DNA from: a virus
Taxonomy: Duplodnaviria; Caudoviricetes
IMG/VR virus record: IMGVR_UViG_3300035190_000963
Span: 1 to 61,359 of that record
Length of the DNA: 61,359 bases
Direction: 5' to 3' (one strand)
Below the pieces are notes generated by a model. The model made no database searches, had not been told where the DNA came from, and saw only the letters and a list, made by a program, of their open reading frames with translations. The position numbers and the translations under genes were made by a program. How positions within the stretch are numbered: the stretch's first letter is position 1; each line of letters opens with the position of its first letter. Of the stretch, positions 46,562-55,979 are shown piece by piece.

Positions 46562-46798
46562 TTATTTAAAATAACATGTTATAGTGTCACCTATTTCATA
46601 ATCAACATCATTAAATTTATCTCTAACCCACATAACATCTTGATTATTTAAGAATAGTATTTTTGTAGCTATTGAAGTTGTATCTCTTATTGGATAAGGA
46701 TAAACTGTTTTTGGTGTTACTTTATCTAAAACTACAACATTGTATAGTTGACAAGATGATAGTGTTAAAGAAAGTAAAATGATGGGGATTTTTTTCAT
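46562..46798 (-). CDS. Putative lipoprotein
   Basis: MKKIPIILLSLTLSSC lipobox. Confidence 0.6.
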   Translation of the reverse strand: MKKIPIILLSLTLSSCQLYNVVVLDKVTPKTVYPYPIRDTTSIATKILFLNNQDVMWVRDKFNDVDYEIGDTITCYFK

Positions 46799-46916
46799 AA
46801 ATTAAAAAGATTTGACCATAAATATATGAAAATTAAACTTTTTTATGTGGTCAGAATATTTTTTTTATTATTAAAAAAATGAGTAGTGAATATATTATGT
46901 TTTTTGGAGATTATTA

Positions 46917-47237
46917 CTAATCATAAATTAAATTGCCGTCAGGCCCAAATACTGAGATATAAACCTGTTCGATATCTCTTTTTGATATACTGAGAAACTT
47001 CAATAAGTCGATAACATGTTTGTCCACCAAATAATGGGGGTCAAAATTTTTGACATACATGTTATCTTTATTTATGGATTTATCATTCAAATATATCTCA
47101 ATACCTATTTTATACCAGGTATCTTCGATATCACCATCATCCTCAACCCAAGTTTCAATGTGGTCAATCATTGGATAAATCTTATGTATTATTCCTGAAT
47201 TTAATAACTTATCCAATTTTTCACTATCCAAAATCAT
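46917..47237 (-). CDS. Hypothetical protein
   Basis: 106 aa. Confidence 0.65.
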   Translation of the reverse strand: MILDSEKLDKLLNSGIIHKIYPMIDHIETWVEDDGDIEDTWYKIGIEIYLNDKSINKDNMYVKNFDPHYLVDKHVIDLLKFLSISKRDIEQVYISVFGPDGNLIYD

Positions 47238-47241
47238 TGGG

Positions 47242-47481
47242 TTATCCTTTTTTTAGGTAATCAATTCTTTTTAACCTTGTTGGTATAAATTCACTGTTAA
47301 GTTCATTTAATCTGTCTACATAGTCATACCCAAACTCTATAATTCTATTTATAACATCATCAACTATAATCTTTCTATCTTCATAAGAAATTTTATTGTC
47401 TAACATTTTACTTTGTTCAACTATTTTACCAATAGTTTCAACCAATTGTTTTTCCGATAATTTTACTATTTTCTTTGACAT
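47242..47481 (-). CDS. Hypothetical protein with IVKLSEKQL N-terminal motif
   Basis: TATTTAT upstream. Confidence 0.65.
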   Translation of the reverse strand: MSKKIVKLSEKQLVETIGKIVEQSKMLDNKISYEDRKIIVDDVINRIIEFGYDYVDRLNELNSEFIPTRLKRIDYLKKG

Positions 47482-47666
47482 AATTTTTTATTTATAAATA
47501 TCTCGTTTATCTACATTTTTTCACATACGAACCAACCCTAACATCAATATCTGTAAAACTTTTAATTTGTTCTCTAACCTAACGTCTAATTTTGTTTACC
47601 CAAGCAACTTTATATAACTCCACCGAAAAACCCACAAATCTTTAGTTTGTGGGATGAAAGGTGGTT

Positions 47667-49097
47667 TTAAATGTCTAATGATTTTAATAAACCATTACTA
47701 TCATAACCAAAATTAAATTTTCTGATGTCAGGATTTGGTGTTATTTCATATAATCGGTCAATTAATTTAAAAAAATTATTAGTCTCGGAAGAGGTTTTAG
47801 TTTGTTTTTTTAAAATATTAAATTGTTTGTAAACCGATTCATTTGTTTTAAAATTTTTCAATATATATTCTAAACTATTTTGTTTATTATGTGGTAGTTT
47901 TTTTTGAATCTGAAATAGATTTTTCTCCATGTCATCCCAAAAATTCATAAATTTTGAAGTATCTAATCGTTCCATAACAACAGCGTTTAACATTTTACCA
48001 CTATCGTCTTTAACTTTTACTTTTTTACCTACTTTTGGAAAAACATCAGGGTTTTTAGAAAATAAATCATACCATTTATCTACTTCACCAGGTCTAATTT
48101 CCGCTTTATATACTAACTTTGGATTTATTGAACTAAATATTCTGTGGTCAGCACCACCCCCAATAGGAGATTTGACTCTGATATTGGGGTTTTGTATATT
48201 TTTCAATTTAGAAATTAGAGTTTTTTTATCAATCCCCCCATAAAGGTATTTTTGCATCAATGATTTATACTCTCGTTCACCATATTTTTTAACATAATTA
48301 GATTTAATTATTTCAATTTCATTACCTAATTTTTTTAAATTGGAAGTTAATGTAGAAACTTCTTTAGGATTTTTTAAATAATTAGGCGGTATAAACTCCT
48401 CAAGTTTTTTTGTGTAATCTATTTTAGATAACGGGAGTTTCACTTTATTAGTGATTTTACTTAACAATTGTTTAATTCTGTTTGTAAAATTAGTAATAAA
48501 ACCTGAAATTTTATTTGCCCATTTTCCCATTATATTTTTAGCTAACGGAGATTTTAATGCAGAATTTACTTGTGAGGGTATACCCACCAATAAAGTATCA
48601 AGAGAACTAGCAATAATTTTTAAACCGTTTAATACAACTTTTGATGTCATTCCCACACCAGTTCTTATTGCTTTTTTTAGAGGTATTGCAATAGCTTGTA
48701 AAGGACCCGGCAATAAAACAAACCCAAATGATATTAATGCCATCAAATATAAAGAATCTCTTTCTTTTTCTCCTTTGAATTGACCTTCAATAATATAACT
48801 TATTGCATTCAATACATCAACAACGGCACCAGAACCTGGAATAACAAAATCTAAGCCCATAGATAATATATCAGCACCTGTGTGTAATATATCACTTAAT
48901 GTCCACTCTTCGTTAATTGGGACTTTTTCACCAGTAAAACAAGAATATGCCATTCCTTCAAAAATGACGTATTTTCCATCCGTAGTAAATTTGCATGTTA
49001 AAAGTTTTTCAAATGGTCGTCTTAAATCCTCACGAATAATACCGTATAATCCTAATATATATTCTCTATCATTTTCAGAAATTAAAATATTACCCAT
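47667..49097 (-). CDS. Multidomain protein: ILISE leader, pre-toxin-TG-like region, C-terminal protein-kinase-like domain
   Basis: LDFVIPGSGAVVDVLNAISY..EG; GGGAD, VYK, VVMERL, PDIRKFNFG, LDI. Confidence 0.6.
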   Translation of the reverse strand: MGNILISENDREYILGLYGIIREDLRRPFEKLLTCKFTTDGKYVIFEGMAYSCFTGEKVPINEEWTLSDILHTGADILSMGLDFVIPGSGAVVDVLNAISYIIEGQFKGEKERDSLYLMALISFGFVLLPGPLQAIAIPLKKAIRTGVGMTSKVVLNGLKIIASSLDTLLVGIPSQVNSALKSPLAKNIMGKWANKISGFITNFTNRIKQLLSKITNKVKLPLSKIDYTKKLEEFIPPNYLKNPKEVSTLTSNLKKLGNEIEIIKSNYVKKYGEREYKSLMQKYLYGGIDKKTLISKLKNIQNPNIRVKSPIGGGADHRIFSSINPKLVYKAEIRPGEVDKWYDLFSKNPDVFPKVGKKVKVKDDSGKMLNAVVMERLDTSKFMNFWDDMEKNLFQIQKKLPHNKQNSLEYILKNFKTNESVYKQFNILKKQTKTSSETNNFFKLIDRLYEITPNPDIRKFNFGYDSNGLLKSLDI

Positions 49098-49146
49098 ATT
49101 AATAAATATCCATCAAAAAAAAAACGATTTTTCTGAAAAAATATTT

Positions 49147-49283
49147 TTAACCTTGATTTAAAATATATTCTCTAATTGTTTCTGGTGAAGCTTCACCAAT
49201 TGAACAAGCAAAATAACCATCAGACCAAAAAGTTTTCTCCAACCAAAATTCTTGACTTAAAACATCCTTAAACAAGGAATAAA
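49147..49283 (-). pseudogene. tnpA: IS200 Y1 transposase 3' fragment
   Basis: Translates as ..FWSDGYFACSIGEASPETIREYILNQG*, the typical TnpA C-terminus with the catalytic Tyr. Confidence 0.85.
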
Positions 49284-49400
49284 CATATTGTCTGGTTATG
49301 GAATAGAATCGGACATTAAACAAAAACAGGAGGAGGCGTTACCATTAGGTGAGTCTGTGATTCCTGAAGCCCAACCATCTTTAGTGGTTGGGTAGTTCAC
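49284..49400 (+). pseudogene. tnpB: tnpB 3' tail / omegaRNA scaffold and IS right end
   Basis: Translates as ..KQKQEEALPLGESVIPEAQPSLVVG*; GAAGCCCAACCATCTTTAGTGGTTGGGTAGTTCAC end. Confidence 0.7.
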
Positions 49401-49463
49401 TGAATTCACAAATATTTGTAAAACATCAAAAATTTTGGATTCTTGGATAATGTATTTCATATC

Positions 49464-49832
49464 TTAGTTATAATAATCGATTGTTTTTGCACCAAATACT
49501 TCGAATTTTTTATTAAACCATTCTTTGAATACTGGTATCCATTTATCGTTAAAAAATCCCGTCATTTCATTTGTGAATTTTTCATCTTCTATTGTTACTA
49601 TTGGACTCATTTTTATCTTGTGTTCTACATGTTCATCCCAATATTTTGGACCATACCATCTAAATATTGTGTCATCATCCATATAATCACCTATATAGAA
49701 TTCAACCCCCTCAATTTCATCACCCCATTCATCCTCCATATGTGTCCAATTAATATCATCTAAATTATAATACTTATCAATATGACTCATAATTAATTTC
49801 TCCAATGTATTTTCACTAATAATGTATTTCAT
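49464..49832 (-). CDS. Hypothetical protein, MKYIISE family
   Basis: 122 aa. Confidence 0.7.
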   Translation of the reverse strand: MKYIISENTLEKLIMSHIDKYYNLDDINWTHMEDEWGDEIEGVEFYIGDYMDDDTIFRWYGPKYWDEHVEHKIKMSPIVTIEDEKFTNEMTGFFNDKWIPVFKEWFNKKFEVFGAKTIDYYN

Positions 49833-49834
49833 AA

Positions 49835-50146
49835 CTAACTTTCAATTAAAAAAATTTGAACATCAAATTTATTTGCAAACCACTCACCAACTTTTTGATA
49901 GGCTTCTTCCCTATCTAAACCGAACAATGAATACATTTTTTCAATAATCTGGTGAACTACATATAATCTACCATCAGAATAATCATATTCCATAATTACA
50001 TCACCCATTTCTTCAATTTCTTCATCAACAAGTTCTCGTAAAACAATAAAATTATCCCAAGAATCAATGTATGAATTATTATTTATATCATTCAAAAATT
50101 CAATTATATATTTGTCTAATTTACTTTCTGATATAAGATATCTCAT
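49835..50146 (-). CDS. Hypothetical protein, MRYLISE family
   Basis: 103 aa. Confidence 0.7.
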   Translation of the reverse strand: MRYLISESKLDKYIIEFLNDINNNSYIDSWDNFIVLRELVDEEIEEMGDVIMEYDYSDGRLYVVHQIIEKMYSLFGLDREEAYQKVGEWFANKFDVQIFLIES

Positions 50147-50203
50147 TTTTCACAAAATTTATTATAGTATTCGATTATCTTTTCCATATACCATATAAAT
50201 ACT

Positions 50204-50803
50204 TTACTTTTTGGTATATAATTTTTCTAATAAATCATAATTAATTTCGTTTTTGTGAGGATTTCTTTTTGTGTATTGTGTATGTGGTGATAAACCGGCG
50301 GGAACTCTAACCAACTTAGATATTTTACCTAAAGTATAAGGAAAACTTAACTGGTCTCTACTACTACCTCTACATATTTCAGCCCACCATCTTTCATTAT
50401 ATTGATTGCATAGTTCTGAATTTTTTCTAATAATTAAACCACAAAATCCTAACACACCACTTTTATTTCTGTGATATTCCAAATTTTCAATAGAATCCAA
50501 CCCCTTACATTCAGTTATCTCATCATTAATATGGATTCTATCTCGGTGTTTTAACACCATACAATGATAATCACCCAATTCTTCGATTAATTCCTCTTTA
50601 GTCACTTTAAGTTCTAAATTTGCATCAACCCAAATACTATAATCATGTTTGGGTAAATAAAGATGTGGTAATATTTTAGGTGCTTTAGCGTTCATTCTAT
50701 CTGAATTAAACTTATCAGACCCCTTAACGTAAAATCTACCATCCTCAACAGGAGTATCTCTTTTACCAACATGACAAGAATATACTATAATATTTTCTGA
50801 CAT
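50204..50803 (-). CDS. DUF616 (TOD1/MUCI70-like) glycosyltransferase
   Basis: KILPH, SIWVDAN, HRDR, RDQLSF. Confidence 0.75.
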   Translation of the reverse strand: MSENIIVYSCHVGKRDTPVEDGRFYVKGSDKFNSDRMNAKAPKILPHLYLPKHDYSIWVDANLELKVTKEELIEELGDYHCMVLKHRDRIHINDEITECKGLDSIENLEYHRNKSGVLGFCGLIIRKNSELCNQYNERWWAEICRGSSRDQLSFPYTLGKISKLVRVPAGLSPHTQYTKRNPHKNEINYDLLEKLYTKK

Positions 50804-50850
50804 AAATTTACGAATAAATTATAGAGGAATTAAGGCAAATGTGAATATAA

Positions 50851-51198
50851 TTACCAATCAATACCAGGACCAAATGTCCTCTCATCAATTATTTCGGCAA
50901 TGTATATCTCAATATTTGGAAACCACTTATCAACTCTGTATTGAATTTCCGCCCTTATATTATCAAAATCTTCTCTATTAGTGTTTCTAAATATTTTAAC
51001 ATAAACCTTTGGTTTTGTGACATTAACAATACTATCAATTACAATTTTATCAATAGATTCAAGTTCATTCAACTCATCCATCTCACCAAGACCCCACTCT
51101 TCAGATTCTTCACGAATTTCGTTTAAAGCTGAGTCAATTAATTTTTGTATTATCGGATACATTTTCTTTACCTGAGATTCTGTTATAATATATTTCAC
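50851..51198 (-). CDS. Hypothetical protein, MKYIITE family
   Basis: GTG start; TATTTAT upstream. Confidence 0.7.
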   Translation of the reverse strand: MKYIITESQVKKMYPIIQKLIDSALNEIREESEEWGLGEMDELNELESIDKIVIDSIVNVTKPKVYVKIFRNTNREDFDNIRAEIQYRVDKWFPNIEIYIAEIIDERTFGPGIDW

Positions 51199-51224
51199 GT
51201 TATATAAATAGAGTTCAAAATAAT

Positions 51225-51539
51225 TTATTTAATAAATTCTCTTTTAAAATAAGCACCCAATATAAATAATCCAATCAAAATGAATACATAAGATGGGAAT
51301 AATGGTGTGTTATATAATTCGTGTAACATCCAAAATACGTTCATCATTACCCAAGATGAAAATATGGTTGTGGTTGAAACAAATTTTTTTTGTTTGATGA
51401 CAATATATAATGTTAATACTATTGTTGGGATTAACATTAAACTGGCAAGTACTTTAAATTTAAGTAGCCAAAATATGTCCTTGAGTAACCAAAAACTAAA
51501 ATGAAAAAAATCAATCTTATCCTCACTTTGTACCATCAC
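51225..51539 (-). CDS. Membrane protein
   Basis: Four hydrophobic segments. Confidence 0.65.
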   Translation of the reverse strand: MMVQSEDKIDFFHFSFWLLKDIFWLLKFKVLASLMLIPTIVLTLYIVIKQKKFVSTTTIFSSWVMMNVFWMLHELYNTPLFPSYVFILIGLFILGAYFKREFIK

Positions 51540-51909
51540 CTATGATTGTCATTTTTTCACCATTTCTATCAATCAACAAATATTCATAATTAAGTAACTC
51601 AAATTGATTTAAATGGTTTAAAACTTCTTCAGGTGTAAAGTGAGAACATGAATATAAATCAAATTGAAACATGGGTTGGGTATATTTTTCCCATATGTGT
51701 ATAGAAGCATGTGATGTTGCCAATGTTACGGTTCCTGTCAACCCTTCGTTACCTTCTTCAGATACATATACGGAGGTGGGTCCAGCTACTACAACCATCC
51801 TAACTTTTTCAACTAAATCGGAAAACCATTTATTTAAAATATCAACTTCTGTTGGTGGGTTTTTAATAGTACCCTTAACTAATAGGTGGAGGTGGTTTGG
51901 TTTAAACAT
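51523..51909 (-). CDS. speD: S-adenosylmethionine decarboxylase proenzyme (SpeD/SpeH family)
   Basis: GLTGTVTLATSHASIHIW..DLYSC. Confidence 0.8.
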   Translation of the reverse strand: MFKPNHLHLLVKGTIKNPPTEVDILNKWFSDLVEKVRMVVVAGPTSVYVSEEGNEGLTGTVTLATSHASIHIWEKYTQPMFQFDLYSCSHFTPEEVLNHLNQFELLNYEYLLIDRNGEKMTIIGDGTK

Positions 51910-52019
51910 TTAATTTTTTAAATATAAATACCTCGATTAATATGAAAATATCATCATTAAACCACCATCAGAAAACATTTTATTAATTTTATCTGATAAA
52001 TATTATTCGGGGCAAATTT

Positions 52020-52496
52020 TTATATTAATTTAGGTTCTATGAAATCTTTATCAAGGTTTTCAAACTCCACCCTTTTTTCATTTAACTCATCACGAGACCA
52101 ATAAGGTTTAAAATATGGTCGTTGATTAAATGGTTTATTTTCACTATTCTCCCATTCAATTAATGATTCTTCAATGTCTTTTAGTATTATCTCAGTATCA
52201 TGATAATTTTTCCATTTGTTATAATCCTCAACGGATTCAATGTAAAAAACATTTCCGTAAATTTCAATCTTTAAATTAGGATTTGTTGTATATACATCAA
52301 CAATTCCATCATCACCAAAATATCTATAAGATAGATTTTGTACTTCATAACTATTTTGAGGTCTCTCAACCCAATTCCTACCATATGAACGAACTTTACA
52401 GATATACTCATATCCATCCGTATATGAATAAATCATACCTTCAATAGTGTTTTTCAGTTCAATAAGTTGTTCGAAAGTGTATCCTGTTAAATCCAT
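52020..52496 (-). CDS. Hypothetical protein
   Basis: 158 aa. Confidence 0.65.
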   Translation of the reverse strand: MDLTGYTFEQLIELKNTIEGMIYSYTDGYEYICKVRSYGRNWVERPQNSYEVQNLSYRYFGDDGIVDVYTTNPNLKIEIYGNVFYIESVEDYNKWKNYHDTEIILKDIEESLIEWENSENKPFNQRPYFKPYWSRDELNEKRVEFENLDKDFIEPKLI

Positions 52497-52533
52497 AGTA
52501 CAAATATAGGAAAAATTTTTAATTAATCAAAAT

Positions 52534-53448
52534 TTAATCTTTTATTATCAAAATTTCATGTGATTCTTTTGAATTTACAATACCTTCTCTAATTCTATTC
52601 TCACCAATTCTAGTTTCTCCGTTACCCATAGAATAATTCCACTTAGGATATTCCAATCTAAAATCCTGATAATAATCCCTAATTGTCTCACAATTATTAT
52701 AGGACATAATAAATTTACCCTTGTGATTATGTAGTAAATCTCTTAAACCTTCATGGTTAAATCCATCGTGGTGAACCGGTATATTTTTCATTGGGTATAT
52801 TGCTGCGTGCATTTTATTATCACTATCTTTACCCATAAAATACGGTGGGTCTAAATAAATGAAATCCTCAGGATGTCCTTTAATAACTTCAGAAAAATCA
52901 GATAATCCAACTTCCAAATTACTACCATCGAATTTAGATATGTTTTCAATCATATTATTCCATGATTTTTGATTTAAATAAACTGAAGATGGCCAACCCA
53001 AATACCCTGGACCATATGATGTATTATGATTAAAATAATAATACGCCGCAACTTGTAAATCAGTCAATGATATTGGATTTTCTCGTTTATAAAAATCAGT
53101 CTTCCAATCCTTTAACATTTCTTGGGTATAATCCCATTTTATAAGTTCGTCTTTAATTTCTTTGTATCTTTCTTCATTTGGTTGAATAGTTTTTAATAAA
53201 TTAACTAATTCCTCATTATTAGTTATAATTTGATTCCAAAACACCACTAATGGCTTAAAGATATCATACCCATGTACTTTTATACCCAAGTTTGTTAAAT
53301 AAACTTCTAAAGAACCTCCACCCATAAATGGTGAGATAATTTTTTTCAAGTTAGTTGGGAAATAAGGTATAATATGTTTTATAGCTCTTGTTTTTCCACC
53401 AGCATATCTAATCGGTGTCTTATTTAATTTTGTAGATTTCTTTAACAT
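52534..53448 (-). CDS. D12-class N6-adenine DNA methyltransferase (Dam-like)
   Basis: PIRYAGGK, PFMGGGS, YLDPPY, MSYN. Confidence 0.92.
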   Translation of the reverse strand: MLKKSTKLNKTPIRYAGGKTRAIKHIIPYFPTNLKKIISPFMGGGSLEVYLTNLGIKVHGYDIFKPLVVFWNQIITNNEELVNLLKTIQPNEERYKEIKDELIKWDYTQEMLKDWKTDFYKRENPISLTDLQVAAYYYFNHNTSYGPGYLGWPSSVYLNQKSWNNMIENISKFDGSNLEVGLSDFSEVIKGHPEDFIYLDPPYFMGKDSDNKMHAAIYPMKNIPVHHDGFNHEGLRDLLHNHKGKFIMSYNNCETIRDYYQDFRLEYPKWNYSMGNGETRIGENRIREGIVNSKESHEILIIKD

Positions 53449-54265
53449 CTATTTTGTATTTTTTTATTATTTTTATTATTACCTCACTGGTTCCGTGCAT
53501 CAATAAATTCTTTTTATCTTTTCTAATCTCAAATTCAAACAATACTCTTCTTTTTTTTTCACCCAAATCAATATTGGTATTAATCTTAATTGTTCCTTTA
53601 GTAGTATAAAAATTTATGTTATCAACAATAACATTTATCAAGTCATCATAACTTATCCTATAATACATTTCTCCATTTTTAACATCTCTAATGATAATAT
53701 AAGGTAAATTTTCATATTTTCTACAAAACCAATTTATCCAATAATATCTTAATTCTCTAGAATTTTGTAACTTTTGAATTATTTTGTTTGCAATATCAAG
53801 TCTTTCATTAAAAGATACTAAATTATTTTTATAAGTAAAAACCCAATCAGAAAATAATTCTTTTATTTTTTCTGGAGTATTATTTAAAACGTGCATCCCG
53901 TATTGTATTTTTTTACCTCCTTTGAGTGACGCATAAATCTCACCATCTTTTATTAAATCAGCCTTTTCCTGACCAGATTTAACTTCAAAACCATATTTTA
54001 ATTTAAAATCATTCTCTCTTTTATGCCCCTCACGTTTTTTTTGCGATGCTAATTCACTATTCATACCATGATAACGAATTACCTTATCTTTTATCTTCAA
54101 TTCTTTACACACATAATGATAATAATTCCATCTTTCTTCATTTTCAATACCATCAATAAAAATAAAAGTGTTGGTATCAATTATATTTTCATTTATTAAA
54201 TCCCATCTTAATGAAAATTTATTAAGTATTTTCAACAAATGTTCTTGCATTTCTAAATTCTTCAC
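53420..54265 (-). CDS. Putative restriction-endonuclease-like PD-(D/E)xK nuclease
   Basis: GHKRE..KADL..SLK pattern; overlaps the methyltransferase start. Confidence 0.5.
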   Translation of the reverse strand: MKNLEMQEHLLKILNKFSLRWDLINENIIDTNTFIFIDGIENEERWNYYHYVCKELKIKDKVIRYHGMNSELASQKKREGHKRENDFKLKYGFEVKSGQEKADLIKDGEIYASLKGGKKIQYGMHVLNNTPEKIKELFSDWVFTYKNNLVSFNERLDIANKIIQKLQNSRELRYYWINWFCRKYENLPYIIIRDVKNGEMYYRISYDDLINVIVDNINFYTTKGTIKINTNIDLGEKKRRVLFEFEIRKDKKNLLMHGTSEVIIKIIKKYKIDVKEIYKIK

Positions 54266-55196
54266 TATTAATATAATTTAAAATATTAGTATATCTAATT
54301 TCCGCACTACCTCTCGAACCAAAACTATTAACCTTTTTTAATATATCTAAAATAACTTTATCATCTGTCAAAAAATATTTTTTACATGACAATATATGTA
54401 TAATAAAATATAAATTTGATTGTGAAACGAATGTTGTTTTTTTATCAATATAATTTACCAATCTTTTCCATATCACCATCAAATTATTGAAATTAATAAA
54501 CAATTTGATGTTTAAGTTGGAGTTTACAAATTCTTTCATTGAATCTTGTCTAGTATCATTTGTAATTCCGATACCTTCATGTGATAATGAAACTTTAAGA
54601 ATCTTGGTCACATTTTTGTAAATGTCTCTTTTATTTTTTTCAATATCTTTTCCCTTATATATTCTAATTAAATCTTGTTCTTTTATATAAGTTTTAATTG
54701 AATTATTAAACTCATTATTAACACCCCAAAGTTTTTCATCATTGGTAACCGTTGCCCCACCATTTATTTTACCAAATAAACTAATTAGTCTATTACGACT
54801 AGCATATTTAATTATTTTAACAAAAACATATGAATTTAAAAACTTTTTCTTCTCGTTCATATCCATAAAATCAGAATCGTCAATTAATTGTAAAACAGAA
54901 ATTCTGTGTTGACTATCCTCAATTGAATATAAATTATTTTTATCCACATACTCAGAAAAAAAACTTGAATCATTAGGATTATTGTTTAATTTAGAATATT
55001 CTAAGTTGGTAATTAAATCAGAAAATATAAAATCAACCAAAAGATTTTCATTGATGATATCATCAATTAACATTCTTTTGTTAATGTTTTTTTTATTTTT
55101 AGGTCTTTGGTGTGATAATAGAACTAATTTTCTATTTGATGCGAGTTCGATTATTTTAGAAACTTTCCATTTCTCAGAAATAACTTGGTAATTCAT
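54222..55196 (-). CDS. DUF262 (ParB-like DGQQR) domain protein
   Basis: HQR, IEDSQHR, LFGKING motifs in the expected order. Confidence 0.6.
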   Translation of the reverse strand: MNYQVISEKWKVSKIIELASNRKLVLLSHQRPKNKKNINKRMLIDDIINENLLVDFIFSDLITNLEYSKLNNNPNDSSFFSEYVDKNNLYSIEDSQHRISVLQLIDDSDFMDMNEKKKFLNSYVFVKIIKYASRNRLISLFGKINGGATVTNDEKLWGVNNEFNNSIKTYIKEQDLIRIYKGKDIEKNKRDIYKNVTKILKVSLSHEGIGITNDTRQDSMKEFVNSNLNIKLFINFNNLMVIWKRLVNYIDKKTTFVSQSNLYFIIHILSCKKYFLTDDKVILDILKKVNSFGSRGSAEIRYTNILNYINSEEFRNARTFVENT

Positions 55197-55402
55197 GCTA
55201 TTATTTTTTGGTTATACTCAATAAAGACACAAATATAATACTATTTTATTAAAAAACCAAACAAAGGGGTAAATAAAAAAATCACTATAACATTTTACTA
55301 GTTAATTAAAATAAAACACATAAAAGAAATTTGTGAACTCTTAGGATTAGAATTAATAGAATTGTAAAAACTACCCATCATTAATTTGGTGGGGTTTTTT
55401 AT

Positions 55403-55744
55403 TTATTCTTCATAAAATGTATCAATCACATCATTGAGGGATATTCCAACAGGTGGGACACCCAATATATCAAGAACTTCACCTTCAGAAAGTTGTTCAC
55501 GATTATTATCATAGATTCTAACAATACTATCTCGGTTTTGATATAAAAACTTATTATCAGGGGTTTCAATAACAAACATAGGACCGAATTCATTTAAATT
55601 GTTATTAACTATTGCCCTATTCAAAAATCTAAATTCGATTGGGAGTTCATTAAAATGAGTTACAATGTGAATCTTACCAGTTAAGTCAACACCGAATTTT
55701 GTTAATACTTTTTTTAATGCGGAATCTTTAATTACGTAGTTCAT
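55403..55744 (-). CDS. Hypothetical protein
   Basis: 113 aa; TATTTAT upstream. Confidence 0.65.
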   Translation of the reverse strand: MNYVIKDSALKKVLTKFGVDLTGKIHIVTHFNELPIEFRFLNRAIVNNNLNEFGPMFVIETPDNKFLYQNRDSIVRIYDNNREQLSEGEVLDILGVPPVGISLNDVIDTFYEE

Positions 55745-55779
55745 GATTATTATAAATACCCCGATTAACCAAAAAAGGG

Positions 55780-55929
55780 GGTCTACACATTTTCACGATA
55801 TATATTTCTGATATAGTCTTGGAAATGGTCATCAATAAATGACATTAAATCTTCACGATTTATTTCATCCCAATGCAAACCTTCTCGATTACCAAGAAAT
55901 ACGTTCTTATATACCAAATCTTTTACATC
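55780..55929 (+). repeat. 150-bp direct repeat of 60147-60296
   Basis: One mismatch seen. Confidence 0.9.
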
Positions 55930-55956
55930 CTCTTCAGATATGTAGTTTTTTTCCAT
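55783..55956 (-). CDS. Chimeric 57-aa ORF (new N-terminus plus duplicated C-terminus of 60150-60428)
   Basis: MEKNYISEE-DVKDLVYKNVFLGN..RENV*; TATCTTTG upstream. Confidence 0.5.
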   Translation of the reverse strand: MEKNYISEEDVKDLVYKNVFLGNREGLHWDEINREDLMSFIDDHFQDYIRNIYRENV

Positions 55957-55979
55957 AGTCACAAAGATATAAAAAAAGA

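Larger units (their letters stand above)
47609..49400. mobile_element. Internally deleted IS605-group element (left end, passenger gene, tnpA and tnpB 3' remnants, right end)
   Basis: LE hairpin CCCACAAA-TCTTTAG-TTTGTGGG and RE hairpin CCCAACCA-TCTTTAG-TGGTTGGG share the same loop; ends in GTTCAC. Confidence 0.65.
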
